From Amphiscolops sp. MND2022 (Eukaryota): a stretch of DNA of 60,000 bases. The DNA lies in assembly GCA_964187785.1 (NCBI GenBank), contig OZ076409.1:98334001-98394000 (forward strand), given 5' to 3'. The translations under genes and the position numbers were made by a program. Shown here in pieces: positions 58,545 through 60,000 of the stretch; position 1 is the first letter of the stretch, and the number at the start of each line of letters is the position of its first letter. The notes beneath the pieces are model-generated. The model was not told where the DNA came from and searched no databases. It worked only from the letters and a program-made list of their open reading frames with translations.

Positions 58545-59140
58545 AATCGCTTCAAAAGTTTCTTTTCCTGCTGTTTTGCCTTCTTCACTGGTGGTGGCTC
58601 CAACGCTGCAGTTCGAGTGCTATCAGGCGTCACAATTTGAGGACTCACTGTTAGATCATCACCATCTTTCGTCTCTTCGTCTTCTGTTGTGCAGACCAGA
58701 ACTTCTGGGGAGACTTGTGGTGATGGAGATGCAGGATCATGTTCAACTCCCCAAAAATCTTCAAGTGAATCAACCTCCCTGAAGAAACCCATTTGATTCT
58801 CCGTTAATGGAACCATTGCGCAGTCGTCTCTACACAGGATGCGTTTGATTTGTATAGGTAGCATTGGTAGGTCACAACGATGAAGACTTTCTATATCCCA
58901 GTTAGACGCTGCTTCACAGTCCGCAGAGTCAATCTTTCTCTTTCTTTCCAGAATCGTCTTTTCAGTCGGTTGTTTGCTCAACTTGTGATAGACCATGTTT
59001 GGTAACAGAATATGTTGCTTTGTTTCCCACCGGTCATTTTCGTCAGACCTCATCTGTTCAATTATTGAGAGCGCTTTTTGAAATTGTGTTTCATAAATGA
59101 TGAAGCGTTTGCTTGTAAAATGTGTAAAGACAGTAGCCAT
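58541..59140 (-). CDS. Polinton accessory protein of unknown function (199 aa, acidic/Pro-rich tail, basic NLS-like end)
   Basis: ATG-initiated ORF inside the element; ends PPPVKKAKQQEKKLLKRF. Confidence 0.6.
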   Translation of the reverse strand: MATVFTHFTSKRFIIYETQFQKALSIIEQMRSDENDRWETKQHILLPNMVYHKLSKQPTEKTILERKRKIDSADCEAASNWDIESLHRCDLPMLPIQIKRILCRDDCAMVPLTENQMGFFREVDSLEDFWGVEHDPASPSPQVSPEVLVCTTEDEETKDGDDLTVSPQIVTPDSTRTAALEPPPVKKAKQQEKKLLKRF

Positions 59141-59556
59141 AGTTGAATCGTCGACTTGGACAAGACCAACTGTTTGAGCGGTAGCGAATTTATCGAATAA
59201 CGGCTTGAGTTTTGAACGCTAGTGAATCTACAGTTTTTTTTGTTTCTCACGGTGGTCCGATTTCCACATGGTAACAATGTGTTTTGAATTATTACATCGA
59301 GTCTATTTTGATTTTTCAGATGTTTTGAATTTTAACACCAGTGTCGTGGCCTGGGTGTTTGCTGTCTACTTGAAAGATCAACGTGGGTGGTAATGATCTT
59401 GATTTATCAGTCGGCGGTGCAAGCGTTTGTTGTTTACATGAAAGATTAAAGCAGGGTGGCCAAACCTTGAACCATAAAAGCCCGCCCACCTCAGACATTG
59501 ACCTTGCAATATTTACCAGGTTCTTCATACTTTTGATTTTGTTTCCAACATTCAGA

Positions 59557-59952
59557 ATGTTCTCTGGTGATTTTACTCTTGCTAAGGACGAGGATTTTGG
59601 AGACTATTACTGTGACTTATCAGAAAAATCCAACAGAATATTGCGAGCAACGGTGAAAACATACGAGCATACAGGAACCTACGTGTTTCTAAAACTCTTC
59701 AAAAAGAAGCCAGACGCTGAATTTGCTCTGGTTCAAAAAATCACGTTGACAAAAGAAGAGTTTGAAATTCTTCTGTGGAAAGGAAAATCAGTTCTACAAC
59801 CGTCGAATATCAAAAAAGTTACAAAAAAGTGCAAAAAAATTAAGAAACCCTCATTTGTTGATTCTGTGGCGGAGGAGGATGACGGGGACAACGTAGACGG
59901 AGAAAACAAGGAGAATATTGATCCTAGAAAGTATGGTGGAAGCAATGTTTGA
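59557..59952 (+). CDS. PC4-like ssDNA-binding / transcription-coactivator domain protein
   Basis: ATG at 59557; DLSEKSNRILRATVKTYEHTGTYVFLKLF...QKITLTKEEFEIL resembles the PC4 pattern (rvtVseFkGktyVdIRef...KGIsLt.eqw..L); basic then acidic tail. Confidence 0.6.
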   Translation: MFSGDFTLAKDEDFGDYYCDLSEKSNRILRATVKTYEHTGTYVFLKLFKKKPDAEFALVQKITLTKEEFEILLWKGKSVLQPSNIKKVTKKCKKIKKPSFVDSVAEEDDGDNVDGENKENIDPRKYGGSNV

Positions 59953-60000
59953 GCGTTCTCCCGATTACTTTAAGCAATTTAGAAAAAACTTTCGCTTCTT

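Larger units (their letters stand above)
52767..60000. mobile_element. Polinton/Maverick (adintovirus-like) element, one end; continues beyond the window
   Basis: Intact protein-primed PolB, a PC4-like gene and gene-dense DNA lacking the host MITEs. Candidate AGTAGT terminus at 52767; the boundary is inferred. Confidence 0.8.

Overview
AT-rich, transposon-dense eukaryotic (probably invertebrate animal) genomic DNA, not prokaryotic. The main host gene is a complete class-II P4-ATPase lipid flippase (ATP9A/B, NEO1 family) on the minus strand. I assembled 18 coding exons by hand (41774 to 3257, 3219 nt, 1072 aa), all with GT-AG boundaries and consistent phases. Its introns are filled with non-autonomous DNA transposons: at least four families with Helentron/HINE-type ends (some carrying tRNA-like segments), hAT MITEs with 8-bp target-site duplications (TSDs), Tc1/mariner-type MITEs (TA), a piggyBac-like MITE, foldback elements with internal minisatellites, and one internally deleted hAT with intact ends. 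The left edge holds a decayed Ty3/Gypsy pol. From about 52767 to the window end lies one end of an apparently intact Polinton/Maverick-type element. It encodes a protein-primed DNA polymerase B with N-terminal C2H2 zinc fingers, a putative vOTU-like domain and an endonuclease-VII insert, plus an orphan ORF and a PC4-like gene. All calls were read by eye; no database searches were run.
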